Shown one piece after another: positions 10,342-20,449 of a stretch of 64,000 nucleotides of DNA. The notes beneath the pieces were generated by a model. That model saw nothing but the letters and a program-made list of their open reading frames with translations. It ran no database searches and was not told where the DNA came from. The position numbers and the translations under genes were made by a program. Every line of letters starts with the position of its first letter. Within the stretch, counting starts at the first letter, position 1. Origin of the DNA: Verrucomicrobiota bacterium. Lineage in GTDB: Bacteria; Verrucomicrobiota; Verrucomicrobiia; Opitutales; Seribacteraceae. The DNA lies in contig JAQBYT010000009.1 in assembly GCA_027622665.1 (NCBI GenBank), forward strand, positions 32,001-96,000, written 5' to 3'.

Positions 10342-13300
10342 AAAACTACCTCGTTCTTTTTCTGGGTATTGTTCTTTCATCCGGTTTTGTCCACTCCGCC
10401 GAACCCGAGGCTTCCTTGGAGCAGTTGCCCGGATTGGTTCCCACAGAGGCGCGAGATGCCATGAAAGCTTTTCGCCTTAAAAAAGGTTTTAACATCGAGC
10501 TGGCGGCGGCTGAACCCCAAGTTGTCGATCCCGTATCCATGTCCTTTGATGCCGACGGCAGGCTTTACGTGGTGGAGATGATTGGCTATTCGGAACATCG
10601 TGACGACAAACTGGGGCGCGTTCGGTTGCTCGAGGACACCAATGACGACGGTCGATTCGACAAGGCCACGGTCTATGCCAAAGGCTTGGCTTGGCCTACT
10701 GCTGTAATCTGCTGCGATGGCGGGGTTTTCGTCGCCGTTACTCCAGATCTGCTTTACTTTCGTGATACTGATGGCGATGGCGTGGCCGATCAACGTCGCG
10801 TTGTTTACACTGGTTTTGGGAAGGAACGTTCGCGTCTCAACATGCAGGGATTGCCCAATAGTTTGCGTTGGGGATTGGATAACCGGATTCATGCCGTTAC
10901 GTCTTCAAATGGAGCTGTTCTCACTCGTCCCTCCGACGATAGCTTAAAGCCCATTCGACTCAATGGTCGTGACTTCTCTTTTGATCCACGCACTCTTGAT
11001 CTGCGTCCGGAGAGTGGAGGCGGTCAGCACGGGGCATCGTTCGATGATTACGGTCGGCGCTTTGTCTCCAGCAACAGCAATCACTTACAGGCCATTGTTT
11101 TCGATTCCCGCTACGCCGCGAATTCTCGCTATGCGATGCCAAGTCCGCGATTGGGCATTGCCGTAGACGGTTCGGCTGCCGAGGTGTTTCGGATAAGTCC
11201 CGATGAACCTTGGCGCATTGTCAGGACGCGTTGGAGGATTGCCTCCAAGGTGCGCGGTCCCGTCGAAGGTGGCGGCAGAGTGTCCGGGTATTTTACGGCT
11301 GCTACGGGAGTTGCCATATATCGTGGTGATGCTTTCGGTGCGGGTTTTCGGGGAAATGCTTTTGTCGCGGACGCCGGGAGCAACCTCGTGCATCGAAAGG
11401 TTCTCAATTATGAGGACGGGATTGTTCCCGTTGGCAAAAGACCTGAGGGTGAACGTTCATCCGAGTTCCTCGCATCGACCGACAACTGGTTCCGTCCTGT
11501 CCAGTTGGCCAACGGGCCTGACGGGTGCTTTTACGTTCTTGATATGTACCGTGAAGTGATTGAACACCCGTGGTCGCTTCCCCGCGGTATCAAGAAGCAC
11601 ATCGACCTCGACAGCGGGAATGATAGGGGGCGAATTTGGAGGATTGTGCCCGAGGGATTCGTTCGACCTCCCTCGCCTCGTTTTGGGAATTTGTCTTCCC
11701 CCGAGCTTGTCGCTATTCTATCTTCGCCTAATGCATGGCGTCGCGAAACTTCCGCCCGTCTGCTTTATGAGGGGCAAGACGCAAAGGCAGTTCCCGCTCT
11801 CTTGAAGCTGGCCATGGAAGGCGAGTCCCACATCGGTCGACTGCATGCTCTTTACGCTCTCGCGGGTTTAGATCAACTAAAACCTAATCACCTTGTCACG
11901 GCCATGAGCGACCGGCATCCCTTTCTTCGCGAACACGCCATTAGGTTGGCTGAACCCTTTCTTGTTAAAGATATCAATTCAAGCAGACCCTTGGCTCAGG
12001 CTATGCTTGCTTTGGCTCGGGACAAATCCCCGCACGTCCGTCTTCAATTTGCTCTTACTTCCGGTGTGGTTGAGTTTCCCGGCGAATTGCCTGCTCTGTT
12101 GGAAACCTTGGCCGTAAGTGGCAAAGACTCATGGATTCGATCCGCTGTCCTGAATGCCTTGTCCGCACAGGTGAACGAGCTGTTTTCCCACTTCGCCGAT
12201 TCAGTTCCGCCGCCTGATGCGAGCGAGGTGGTGGCTTTGGCCAATGGTTTGCGAAAAGGCGGTAACTCGCTCAGTCGTCTGCAGCCCGAAGCGCGGAAGT
12301 ACCTGCAGCGCGTTTCCATGGCTGTGGTCGAGGATGCCGATTGCTCGTCTGCCCTTCGCCTGCAAGCAATTGGTTTGCTGTCCACTCTAGACAAGAAGGC
12401 GGCCAGCCCGCCGTTGCTTGCTTTTCTGGATGCCACCGAAGCTTCCTTGCGTGACGGAGCCGTGAGGGAACTGGTGAACCTGGCGCCCGAGGGGCTAACG
12501 GCCGACTTGCTCGACCGCTGGAAGGTTTTGTCTTCGGGTTCGCGGGATGAAACGATCGGTTACTTTCTCGAGGCGTCCGAGCGGACGAACGCCTTGCTTG
12601 ACGCGATGGAGAAGGGGGTAGTAGCAATCACCGACTTGAGGGCGGGTCGCTTGACCACCTTGCGCAACCTCAAGGACGACATCTTCCGTAAACGAGCAGT
12701 TGAGTTGGTTGGTCTCGCCCCTCCCGAGCAGGAAAATATTCCGCGGGAGAAAGTTATCGAAAGCTACCTTCCCGCACTTCGACTTGCAGGCGACTCCACG
12801 CGTGGACGCGTGACCTACGTACAGCGTTGCGCCTCGTGTCATCGCGCGGGCAAGGAAGGCCACGCCCTTGGCCCCGACTTGGTCGCGTTGAAGGCGGCGG
12901 GACCGGAGAAGCTGTTGACTAACCTCATTGATCCCAGCCGCGAGGTGGCCGCCGATTTCGTGGCTTACGAGGTGCGTGGGCCAAAAGACAAGTTGCTTGG
13001 CTTGCTTGCGAACGAAACCACCACCCATCTCACTATTCGTTTCCCTTTGGGCAAGTCGGTCACCCTTTTGCGCAAAGAGGTTGATGGTATGAAAAGCCTT
13101 GGCCGTTCGCTTATGCCGGAGGGACTGGAAGCGGGCCTCGACCAACAGGCCATGGCCGACCTGCTCGCCTTCCTCGCCCACCCCGAGCCCGATCATCGAC
13201 TCCCGGCTTTTGATTTACTCATCTTTGCCGATGAAGTGGGTGGCCAACGTCCCGTGCGTTCACGAGAGGATTGGGAGAAACGGCGGACCTCCATATTGGA

Positions 13301-14225
13301 GGGGGCGGAAAAGGTCATGGGAACTTATCCCGTCGTTAAGAAGCGTGCTCCACCCGACTTGAAGATCATTGAATCAAAGGATGCCGGGACTTACCTTCTC
13401 CAATCGATTACCTACCAATCTTCGGCTTCTTCCGGTGTTCCCGCTCATCTGTGCATCCCAAAGGACGTCTTGTCGGGCAAACGAAAGGCGAAGGCCATTC
13501 TTTGCCTGCACCCGACGGACAACAAGGTGGGTCGTAAGGTTGTTCTCGGCTTGGGCGGACGGGCGAACCGCGCCTATGCGGCGGAATTGGCCGAGCGCGG
13601 GTTCGTCACGATCGCACCAGCCTATCCACTGTTGGCCGACTACCAACCCGACGTCGCAAACCTCGGCTACGCAAGCGGAACGATGAAGGCCGTTTGGGAC
13701 AACTCCCGAGCTCTCGATCTTCTGGAATCCCTGTCCTATGTCGATGCTTCCAATGGATTCGGTGTCATCGGCCATTCGCTGGGCGGTCACAACGCCATTT
13801 TTACCGCCACCTTCGAGAAGCGTATTTCCGCCATTGCCGTCAGTTGCTCCTTCGATTCGTTTCCGGACTACTACGATGGCAATGAAAAAAACTGGGTGTT
13901 TGGCAAAGGTTGGTGCCAGACACGCTACATGCCTCGACTCTCGGACTATCGAGGCCGCCTTGGAGAAATTCCCTTCGACTTCCCAGAGCTCCTAGGTGCC
14001 TTGGCTCCCCGCCATTTGTTCGTGAGTGCTCCCAAAGGCGACCACAACTTTCGCTGGGAAAGCGCTCGTCGTTGTACCGAGGCTGCCTCCAAGGTTTATT
14101 CCTTGCTTGAGTCGAAGGGTAACTTGGTTGTCCGCCATCCGGAATGCGCTCACGATTTCCCCTTAGCAATTCGTGAGGCCGCCTACGACTTTCTTGCCAA
14201 GGGGTTGGAAAGAAAAGAAAACTAG
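10338..14225 (+). CDS. PVC-type membrane-bound dehydrogenase / HEAT / cytochrome c protein fused to a C-terminal alpha/beta hydrolase
   Basis: AAEPQVVDPVSMSFDADGRLYV propeller, FRPV..GPDG, HEAT repeats, CASCH (12828-12842), SLMPEGLE, then GHSLGG (13770-13787) and HDFP. Confidence 0.85.
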   Translation: MKNYLVLFLGIVLSSGFVHSAEPEASLEQLPGLVPTEARDAMKAFRLKKGFNIELAAAEPQVVDPVSMSFDADGRLYVVEMIGYSEHRDDKLGRVRLLEDTNDDGRFDKATVYAKGLAWPTAVICCDGGVFVAVTPDLLYFRDTDGDGVADQRRVVYTGFGKERSRLNMQGLPNSLRWGLDNRIHAVTSSNGAVLTRPSDDSLKPIRLNGRDFSFDPRTLDLRPESGGGQHGASFDDYGRRFVSSNSNHLQAIVFDSRYAANSRYAMPSPRLGIAVDGSAAEVFRISPDEPWRIVRTRWRIASKVRGPVEGGGRVSGYFTAATGVAIYRGDAFGAGFRGNAFVADAGSNLVHRKVLNYEDGIVPVGKRPEGERSSEFLASTDNWFRPVQLANGPDGCFYVLDMYREVIEHPWSLPRGIKKHIDLDSGNDRGRIWRIVPEGFVRPPSPRFGNLSSPELVAILSSPNAWRRETSARLLYEGQDAKAVPALLKLAMEGESHIGRLHALYALAGLDQLKPNHLVTAMSDRHPFLREHAIRLAEPFLVKDINSSRPLAQAMLALARDKSPHVRLQFALTSGVVEFPGELPALLETLAVSGKDSWIRSAVLNALSAQVNELFSHFADSVPPPDASEVVALANGLRKGGNSLSRLQPEARKYLQRVSMAVVEDADCSSALRLQAIGLLSTLDKKAASPPLLAFLDATEASLRDGAVRELVNLAPEGLTADLLDRWKVLSSGSRDETIGYFLEASERTNALLDAMEKGVVAITDLRAGRLTTLRNLKDDIFRKRAVELVGLAPPEQENIPREKVIESYLPALRLAGDSTRGRVTYVQRCASCHRAGKEGHALGPDLVALKAAGPEKLLTNLIDPSREVAADFVAYEVRGPKDKLLGLLANETTTHLTIRFPLGKSVTLLRKEVDGMKSLGRSLMPEGLEAGLDQQAMADLLAFLAHPEPDHRLPAFDLLIFADEVGGQRPVRSREDWEKRRTSILEGAEKVMGTYPVVKKRAPPDLKIIESKDAGTYLLQSITYQSSASSGVPAHLCIPKDVLSGKRKAKAILCLHPTDNKVGRKVVLGLGGRANRAYAAELAERGFVTIAPAYPLLADYQPDVANLGYASGTMKAVWDNSRALDLLESLSYVDASNGFGVIGHSLGGHNAIFTATFEKRISAIAVSCSFDSFPDYYDGNEKNWVFGKGWCQTRYMPRLSDYRGRLGEIPFDFPELLGALAPRHLFVSAPKGDHNFRWESARRCTEAASKVYSLLESKGNLVVRHPECAHDFPLAIREAAYDFLAKGLERKEN

Positions 14226-14332
14226 TTTTCCGATCCTAAGCCGATTTCCAGATGAAATCCTCGGTCCCTTTCCTCTTGGTGACGAATGGAAAAGACAGGA
14301 AGCCGGGATGGCTATTGCGGTTCGGTGGGTGG

Positions 14333-15508
14333 TCAGAGTTTGCCTTGAGCCTTGCGAAGGGCGGCGAGGGAAGCTTCGGACCCTATCAGAGAGTGCTTTG
14401 GTCGTGGGTGTTCCTTGTTGAACACCTGCAGCTTTTCCTTTGGCAGGGGCTTGAAGAATTTCTCGGTGATTTCATCGTCGTCACCCGTCACTTGGCTTAG
14501 GCGCAGCTTAAGGGTTTTGGCTAAGAATCGGTAGACCGGTTTGCGTTTTGAGAATTCATAACCGTGCTTTTCATCGGCGAGGTGAAAGTTATCCACATTA
14601 CTTGAGGAACCAAAGAGGGAGTAGATGCGCCTAGCGTATGGGAACTCGACCTTTGGCGTATTCTTGGTCCAGTCTCCACCCACACTAACAAGGAGTAGAG
14701 GTCGAGGGGCTGCCATGGCAGCGATTTCCGCGTTATTGGTCTTGTGGGTCTTGCTTTCGTGAACGGGCATGCCGCTCTCGCAGTTGCATCCCCCGTAAAA
14801 GTGGGCTGAAGCCATGACTACGGGTGCAGCTGCCCTTACGCGTGGGTCAAGAGCAGTCAGCATGAAGGTCTGGGTGCCGCCCCCGGATTCGCCCGTGACA
14901 CCGATGCGACTTGGATCCACCTCTCGGAAGCTCAGAAGATAGTCGAGGGCGCGCATGCTGTTCCAAGTCTGGTAAGCAAATACGTTTTTATCCTTCCGGT
15001 GATCGACATGGTTGGAATCCTCGTTCCAGCCCACCATATCGTAGGCGAAGACAATGGCTCCCATGCGGGCGAGGGAGGCGCAACGTGCTTGCGTGTATTC
15101 CGCGACTCGACCCTCTTTGGAATGTCCGTGGGGACAAAGGATGCCGGCAAACTTGCTGAGGCCGCCTTTTCGGAGAGGACGGTAGAGGTTACCGGTAACA
15201 AAAAAGCCGGGAAGACTCTCGAAGTGAACGTTCTCTACCGAATACCCATCCATTTCTTTAGAGGAATGGGAGTGGGCGTTTAGCGGTGAACGAGCGGGTA
15301 GGGGAACGAGTCCGGCTCCCTTTAGGATACCATCTCTATTTCGCTTGGCTCGGGTTTGCCACTCCTCGAGCGTGGAAAAAGTCTTACCGAAGATCTCGAG
15401 GTTGCGAGCCCCTTCCTCCTCGGGGATTTTTGGAAATGCATTAGCTGAAAGTGAAAACACCAGCATGCTTATTGCAGTGATAAATAGGATAGGGAGTCTT
15501 GCGTTCAT
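14333..15508 (-). CDS. Acetylxylan esterase-like secreted alpha/beta hydrolase
   Basis: ESLPGFFVTGNLYRP, LCPHGH, GESGGG, GCNCE, APRPLL; start placed at ATG 15508. Confidence 0.85.
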   Translation of the reverse strand: MNARLPILFITAISMLVFSLSANAFPKIPEEEGARNLEIFGKTFSTLEEWQTRAKRNRDGILKGAGLVPLPARSPLNAHSHSSKEMDGYSVENVHFESLPGFFVTGNLYRPLRKGGLSKFAGILCPHGHSKEGRVAEYTQARCASLARMGAIVFAYDMVGWNEDSNHVDHRKDKNVFAYQTWNSMRALDYLLSFREVDPSRIGVTGESGGGTQTFMLTALDPRVRAAAPVVMASAHFYGGCNCESGMPVHESKTHKTNNAEIAAMAAPRPLLLVSVGGDWTKNTPKVEFPYARRIYSLFGSSSNVDNFHLADEKHGYEFSKRKPVYRFLAKTLKLRLSQVTGDDDEITEKFFKPLPKEKLQVFNKEHPRPKHSLIGSEASLAALRKAQGKL

Positions 15509-15649
15509 GACTTGAGCTGGGTTGGGAGAGTTATAAAAAAGCTGAGTTTCGTTTTCTTTTACTTGCCTAAAGCCTATGTTCCGGAACATTTGCAACTTCG
15601 AAACATCTCCATCCACCAAACACATATTCAAAAGGAACGCTTGTAAATC

Positions 15650-16363
15650 ATGAAGAATACCCATTTATTTCACCTTATCACATCTATCTTGGCCGTGGCT
15701 ATGCTAGCCGTCGCCCCTGCCTTCGGAGACAAGACGGCCGCCGGGAAAAGCCTTTTTGACGGCAAGACCCTCAAAGGATGGAACGGAGATCCTAAATTCT
15801 GGAAAGCCGCTGATGGAGCGATTGTTGGACAGACCACCAAGGAGACTCCCACCAATGGGAACACCTTCATCATTTGGGAAGATGGCAAGTTGGCCGACTT
15901 TGATCTCACTCTGGAATTCAAGATCGAGGGTGGCAATAGCGGCATCCAGTACCGCAGTTTCGTTAAGCCCGGGAAGCATGACGGTTGGCGCATCGGTGGT
16001 TATCAAGCCGATTTCGAGGCGGGCGACCGTTATTCGGGTATTTGCTATGGCGAAGGTTTTCGCGGAATTCTTTCTGACCGTGGTTTCCATACCACCCTCA
16101 CTATTGATGGCGGGAAGTTGAAGAAAAATGCGAAAAAATTCGGTGACTCCAAAGAAATCGGGAAAGCCGTTAAGAAAAATGATTGGAACACTTATCGCAT
16201 AACCGCGAAGGGATACCATTTTACGCACTATATCAACGATGTGAAAACCACTGAACTTACAGACAACGATGAGAAGACTCGTCGGGCCGATGGAGTGCTG
16301 GCTCTGCAGTTGCACGCCGGTTCACCGATGAAGGTGTCCTTCCGGAAGATCTATATGAAGTAG
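15650..16363 (+). CDS. DUF1080 (3-keto-disaccharide hydrolase-like) secreted protein
   Basis: LFDGKTLKGW, GNSGIQYRS, GYQAD, WNTY, LQLH, FRKI. Confidence 0.92.
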   Translation: MKNTHLFHLITSILAVAMLAVAPAFGDKTAAGKSLFDGKTLKGWNGDPKFWKAADGAIVGQTTKETPTNGNTFIIWEDGKLADFDLTLEFKIEGGNSGIQYRSFVKPGKHDGWRIGGYQADFEAGDRYSGICYGEGFRGILSDRGFHTTLTIDGGKLKKNAKKFGDSKEIGKAVKKNDWNTYRITAKGYHFTHYINDVKTTELTDNDEKTRRADGVLALQLHAGSPMKVSFRKIYMK

Positions 16364-16376
16364 AAGAGTATCTTAA

Positions 16377-16406
16377 ACCATTTCGCACGATGTCGCGCGA
16401 AATGGT
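16377..16406. terminator. Hairpin between convergent genes
   Basis: Inverted repeat ACCATTTCGC...GCGAAATGGT just after the DUF1080 stop; no clear U-tract. Confidence 0.5.
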
Positions 16407-16428
16407 CTCCTGCAGAAAACAGAATTAT

Positions 16429-16593
16429 TTATTTGGACAGGATGCCGTAGAGGAAGTAAGCCGATAGGCCCAGACTCGTGATAACGAGTATACACTTTAT
16501 GAGAGTTGATAGTGTATTGTGCAAGTCCGAGGGAGTAAGGTCATAGCTTGCATCTGTCACATCAGAAGATAACGAGATGGGTTTCCGTTTCAT
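16429..16593 (-). CDS. Small single-TM hypothetical protein
   Basis: Short ORF ending in a hydrophobic helix, in an AT-rich gap. Confidence 0.4.
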   Translation of the reverse strand: MKRKPISLSSDVTDASYDLTPSDLHNTLSTLIKCILVITSLGLSAYFLYGILSK

Positions 16594-16840
16594 GGGAATC
16601 TTACTTGTTTCAAATCTCAATCGTACAGTTATTAGTGAAATTGCAATTCTTGGAGGTCTTTTTTGCTATTTCTTATTTGTTAATAAACCAATCGGATTGA
16701 TTAAAAGGAATCCTTAACGTAGTGATTAAAAATATAATATCTGGTCGTGGAGTTGCTTAAGTCAATGATAATTCACAGATGCCACGATCGTTTTGCACGA
16801 ACGATATATTTGACTCTCGTGCCGTCATAGTCCTTTGGCG

Positions 16841-17770
16841 ATGAAAGATAAAATCGTTTTGGCTGGTGGCACGGGGTTTCTGGGAAAAGCCTTGGCCCAG
16901 TGTTTTGCTGAAAAGGAGTATGAGGTTGTCGTGCTCGGCAGAAGCAATGAATTACCGGCGGACTTCCCACAAGCGCGACTTGTTACTTGGGATGCTCGAA
17001 CCATAGGATCTTGGATGAAGGAGTTGGAGGGAGCAAAAGCCTTAGTGAATCTTTGCGGGCGTTCGGTGGATTGTCGTTACAGCGAGACAAACCGTAGGTT
17101 GATTCTTGATTCGCGTGTCAAGGCGACGAGAGTTCTCGGTGATGCGGTCTCTCGAGCGACGATTCCGCCCAGGGTCTGGCTTAACGCCGGCACGGCGACT
17201 ATTTACGAGGATCGGCGAGTCGAATTGCCGCCACACGATGAAAATAGCGACGATTTAGGCCACGGTTTTTCCGTGGAAGTGGCGAAAGCGTGGGAGGAAG
17301 CTTTTTTGGAAACTCAGGTCCACAATGTGCGGAAGGTGGCTATGCGCATCAGCATTGTGCTGGGTAAAAGCGGGGGAGCCTTTCCCGTGATGCGCCGGTT
17401 CGCACAACTTGGGCTGGGAGGAAGGCAAGGACCCGGCTCGCAATGGATGAGCTGGTTGCACCTTGACGACTGGGTTGGCATCGTCGACTGGTTGGTGTCG
17501 CGTGACGGGGTTTCGGGGGTGGTGAACTTGGCCGCGCCCAATCCGGTTTCCAACGCTGTCTTTATGAGCCAAATGCGTTCCGCATTCGCACCTTTGGGCA
17601 TCGGTTTTCCTGCTCCAACTTTTGCCGTTCGATTTGGCGCCGTCTTTCTTCGTACGGCTCCAGAGCTAGTACTCAAAAGCCGTAAAGTGGTCTCAAGGGT
17701 CTTGCGGGACGAGGGTTACGTGTTTCTTTTCCCTACTTTAGAAGATGCAATCTCCGATTTGTCGGGATAA
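16841..17770 (+). CDS. TIGR01777-family NAD-dependent epimerase (YfcH-like)
   Basis: GGTGFLG, NLCG, SRV, WE, GSQWMSWLHLDD, C-terminal DUF1731-like segment. Confidence 0.92.
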   Translation: MKDKIVLAGGTGFLGKALAQCFAEKEYEVVVLGRSNELPADFPQARLVTWDARTIGSWMKELEGAKALVNLCGRSVDCRYSETNRRLILDSRVKATRVLGDAVSRATIPPRVWLNAGTATIYEDRRVELPPHDENSDDLGHGFSVEVAKAWEEAFLETQVHNVRKVAMRISIVLGKSGGAFPVMRRFAQLGLGGRQGPGSQWMSWLHLDDWVGIVDWLVSRDGVSGVVNLAAPNPVSNAVFMSQMRSAFAPLGIGFPAPTFAVRFGAVFLRTAPELVLKSRKVVSRVLRDEGYVFLFPTLEDAISDLSG

Positions 17771-17793
17771 ATTCCCGTAATATTGAAACCCTG

Positions 17794-19185
17794 CTAAATC
17801 AATTGCCTTATGGCCGATGCGCCATGAATGACTTGGGAAACTGCTTCCGGAATACCCGGTGTGGCTCGAACCACCCCAACATCTAGGATGGTTTCCATTA
17901 TGGTGGCGTAGAGGTTCGGGATGGTGACCCGGTCTGTGGCGGGTTCGCCGCCGTCCTTAGTGGAAGATCCCACAACTTGCCCCATGTTCAGTCCTCCGCC
18001 GTAAAGTAACAAGGGGGCCGAACCACTCCAGTGGTCGCGCCCGCCTTTTCCGTTGATCTTTGGTGAACGACCCATTTCGCCACAGCATACGAGCAGGATC
18101 TTTTCCTGCAGTCCGCGAGCCTCGACGTCCTCGATGAATGCGCTTACGGCATGGTCGAACGGACGACCAACGTATTCCATGCCCTCGGTCATAGTGGCGT
18201 TGTTGTTGTCGGCGTGCATGTCCCAGACGAAGTCGGTGCTCACGGTGATGAAGCCTGCTCCGCGTTCGGCCAACCTTCGGGCCAGCAGGAGGAGTTTGCC
18301 AAGGTTCTTTACGTGATTGGCATAACGCTGGTGGTTGTTCCATCGCTTGCTTATGCGGCTTACGTCGATCAACTTCGAAGTGTCGTACCGATCGATGACG
18401 CTGTCTTCCTCACTGGTAATGTCGAAGGCATCGGAAATGCCGCCGGTCAAGGTTTCCAGTGCTTGGGATTGAAATTTATCCAATCCACCCGTAACTTTTC
18501 CGGATTCCACGGTGCGCCGAAACTGATTCAGGCTGGTCAGCAAAGTACGCCTGTCACTCAGTCGATCGGGATCGATCGTTAATTGCATGTCGCGCCTGAG
18601 ATCGCTTTTCCCACTGGGTTGGAATGGTGCGTAAGCGGGACCCAAAGGGCCAGTGACGTCGAATTTACCCAATTTCATTATTGGGTTCGTAGCTCCTGCA
18701 TCCACTGCCTGCGGATGCAACCATACGTTTCTCGGCATACCGAACTGCGGGTGGCTTGCACCGGCAACTTTTGCGTAATGCGCTCCGATCTGAGCGCCCG
18801 AAGAAAATTCCTTACTGACGATGGGCTTGGAATCGTGATCTGCGCTTTGGGTGGTGAATGAGCGTACGATGGAAAACTTATCGTTAAGTTTGGCTAACTT
18901 TTCAAAGGTTGGCCCGAAAGTGATGCCGGGAATCTTCGTCTTGATTTCGCCCGTGGCGCTATGGATGTTCGATGGGGCATCCATCTTTGGGTCGAATGTT
19001 TCGAACTGGCTTGGACCACCGTGCATGAAGAGGAAGATTACGGTTTTGTCCTTGGCTATGCCCCCCACGGATTTCAACGCCTCCTCCGCTCGCAGAAAGT
19101 CAGGTAGGCTTAATCCGCCCAAGCCCAAGCTTCCCACCCTCAGGAAATCGCGCCTACCTAAGTAACTGTCAGTGAATTTTGACAT
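17794..19185 (-). CDS. DUF1501 domain protein with Tat signal
   Basis: RRDFLRVG, GGPSQFETFDPK, LARRLAERG, WDMH, GEMGRSP, GRDHW. Confidence 0.92.
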   Translation of the reverse strand: MSKFTDSYLGRRDFLRVGSLGLGGLSLPDFLRAEEALKSVGGIAKDKTVIFLFMHGGPSQFETFDPKMDAPSNIHSATGEIKTKIPGITFGPTFEKLAKLNDKFSIVRSFTTQSADHDSKPIVSKEFSSGAQIGAHYAKVAGASHPQFGMPRNVWLHPQAVDAGATNPIMKLGKFDVTGPLGPAYAPFQPSGKSDLRRDMQLTIDPDRLSDRRTLLTSLNQFRRTVESGKVTGGLDKFQSQALETLTGGISDAFDITSEEDSVIDRYDTSKLIDVSRISKRWNNHQRYANHVKNLGKLLLLARRLAERGAGFITVSTDFVWDMHADNNNATMTEGMEYVGRPFDHAVSAFIEDVEARGLQEKILLVCCGEMGRSPKINGKGGRDHWSGSAPLLLYGGGLNMGQVVGSSTKDGGEPATDRVTIPNLYATIMETILDVGVVRATPGIPEAVSQVIHGASAIRQLI

Positions 19186-19647
19186 CAGTAAATAACTCTG
19201 CTCATCATTATGTGCATTAGGCTTATAAATCAAAGGTTTCTTTAGTCGCTGAGACATTTTTTCGCTTTGACCTATTCCTTGATAATTATGTGGGTTGCTG
19301 GCATTCGTTTCATGGCGGCTGAATTGGCGAGGCGCGACCGAAATGATTCCTAGTGGCGAATAAGGAACGCCCTACAGGTCGATGCACGACGAGCCCAAGG
19401 CTGCTCTGGCCTATCTGGACAAGGTAAGAGAAAGCCTTTAGAGAAGGATGCCTCCTGTCAGTACGAGATCGGTCGCTGCAATTGCCTGTCGGGGATCTTA
19501 TTCCAAGAGAGCTTCGGCAATCAGCGTGAGCATGTTCCCGCTCGCTTTTATCCTGCCCACCAACTGCTGTTGTACGGAATCGGCGAATATCCGCGTTCGA
19601 TATTTTGGAACTGGCTTGAGATACGCGTGAGGGAGAGGCCCCAGCTT

Positions 19648-20043
19648 TCAGTTCGATTGGTTCCCGCATTTCGTCAATCCTTCTTGCCTAGCCACCATTT
19701 GGTGGAACACGGTGTCGGCCAAAATTTCATTGGTCGACAACATGGAGTTTATGGAAGTGATTGCGGAACGCAGTCGGTTTTTCTTGGCAACAGTCATTCG
19801 AGGCTCGGGTTCTTCTGGAGGCACTCGAGGTTGCCAAGGTCTAGTCAAGTTGGCCGCTTGGTTCTCACTTTTTTCTTCCTTCGAGGATTCTTCATTTCCC
19901 GAGTGTTTTCTCAGCATTTCTGCCAGCTTTGGTCCCCGCGGTTTCACAGCCCACGACCATAACATTTCCCCCGTGTCGTGCGTAGCGAGTTTGATCAGGA
20001 GAAGTGGAATTTTAAGCGTGAACCACCAGTAATTGAATTTCAT
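19648..20043 (-). CDS. Hypothetical protein, possibly truncated by an in-frame TGA
   Basis: 131-codon ORF from ATG 20043 in a gap with no better candidate; the frame stays open to 19498 past the stop. Confidence 0.4.
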   Translation of the reverse strand: MKFNYWWFTLKIPLLLIKLATHDTGEMLWSWAVKPRGPKLAEMLRKHSGNEESSKEEKSENQAANLTRPWQPRVPPEEPEPRMTVAKKNRLRSAITSINSMLSTNEILADTVFHQMVARQEGLTKCGNQSN

Positions 20044-20449
20044 CTTCTTGGTGTCGGTGAACACTTGTTCCGCTTGAGCGCAATTGCCGGCACTTTTATC
20101 GGATGCACAATCACTTTGAAATTGATCCAATGCAGATTGAGGTGGCATCTCCCGTTGCTGAGAGCGCCACGGAATAGTCACGCCGGGAACCTCCGTTACC
20201 GTAACTCTACATTCAGGTAATGGGGCTCCCTTAGGGTAAACTTGGTTGTACTCTCTAAAAAGAAATGAGGTATCGGCTTTTGCTTCAACTCGGCTTCCCG
20301 ATCTCCAATATTAATGGAGGCGTGCCTCATGTGGCAAAGGCGCTTCAGTTTTCATAAACGGGTTTCTTCCCCTTCCCCTCAAGCCGAAAGAAACCTTTAG
20401 CTTTCTTTTCAAGCTGACAACGGAAGCGCAACCCCGATAACTCTTCGAC

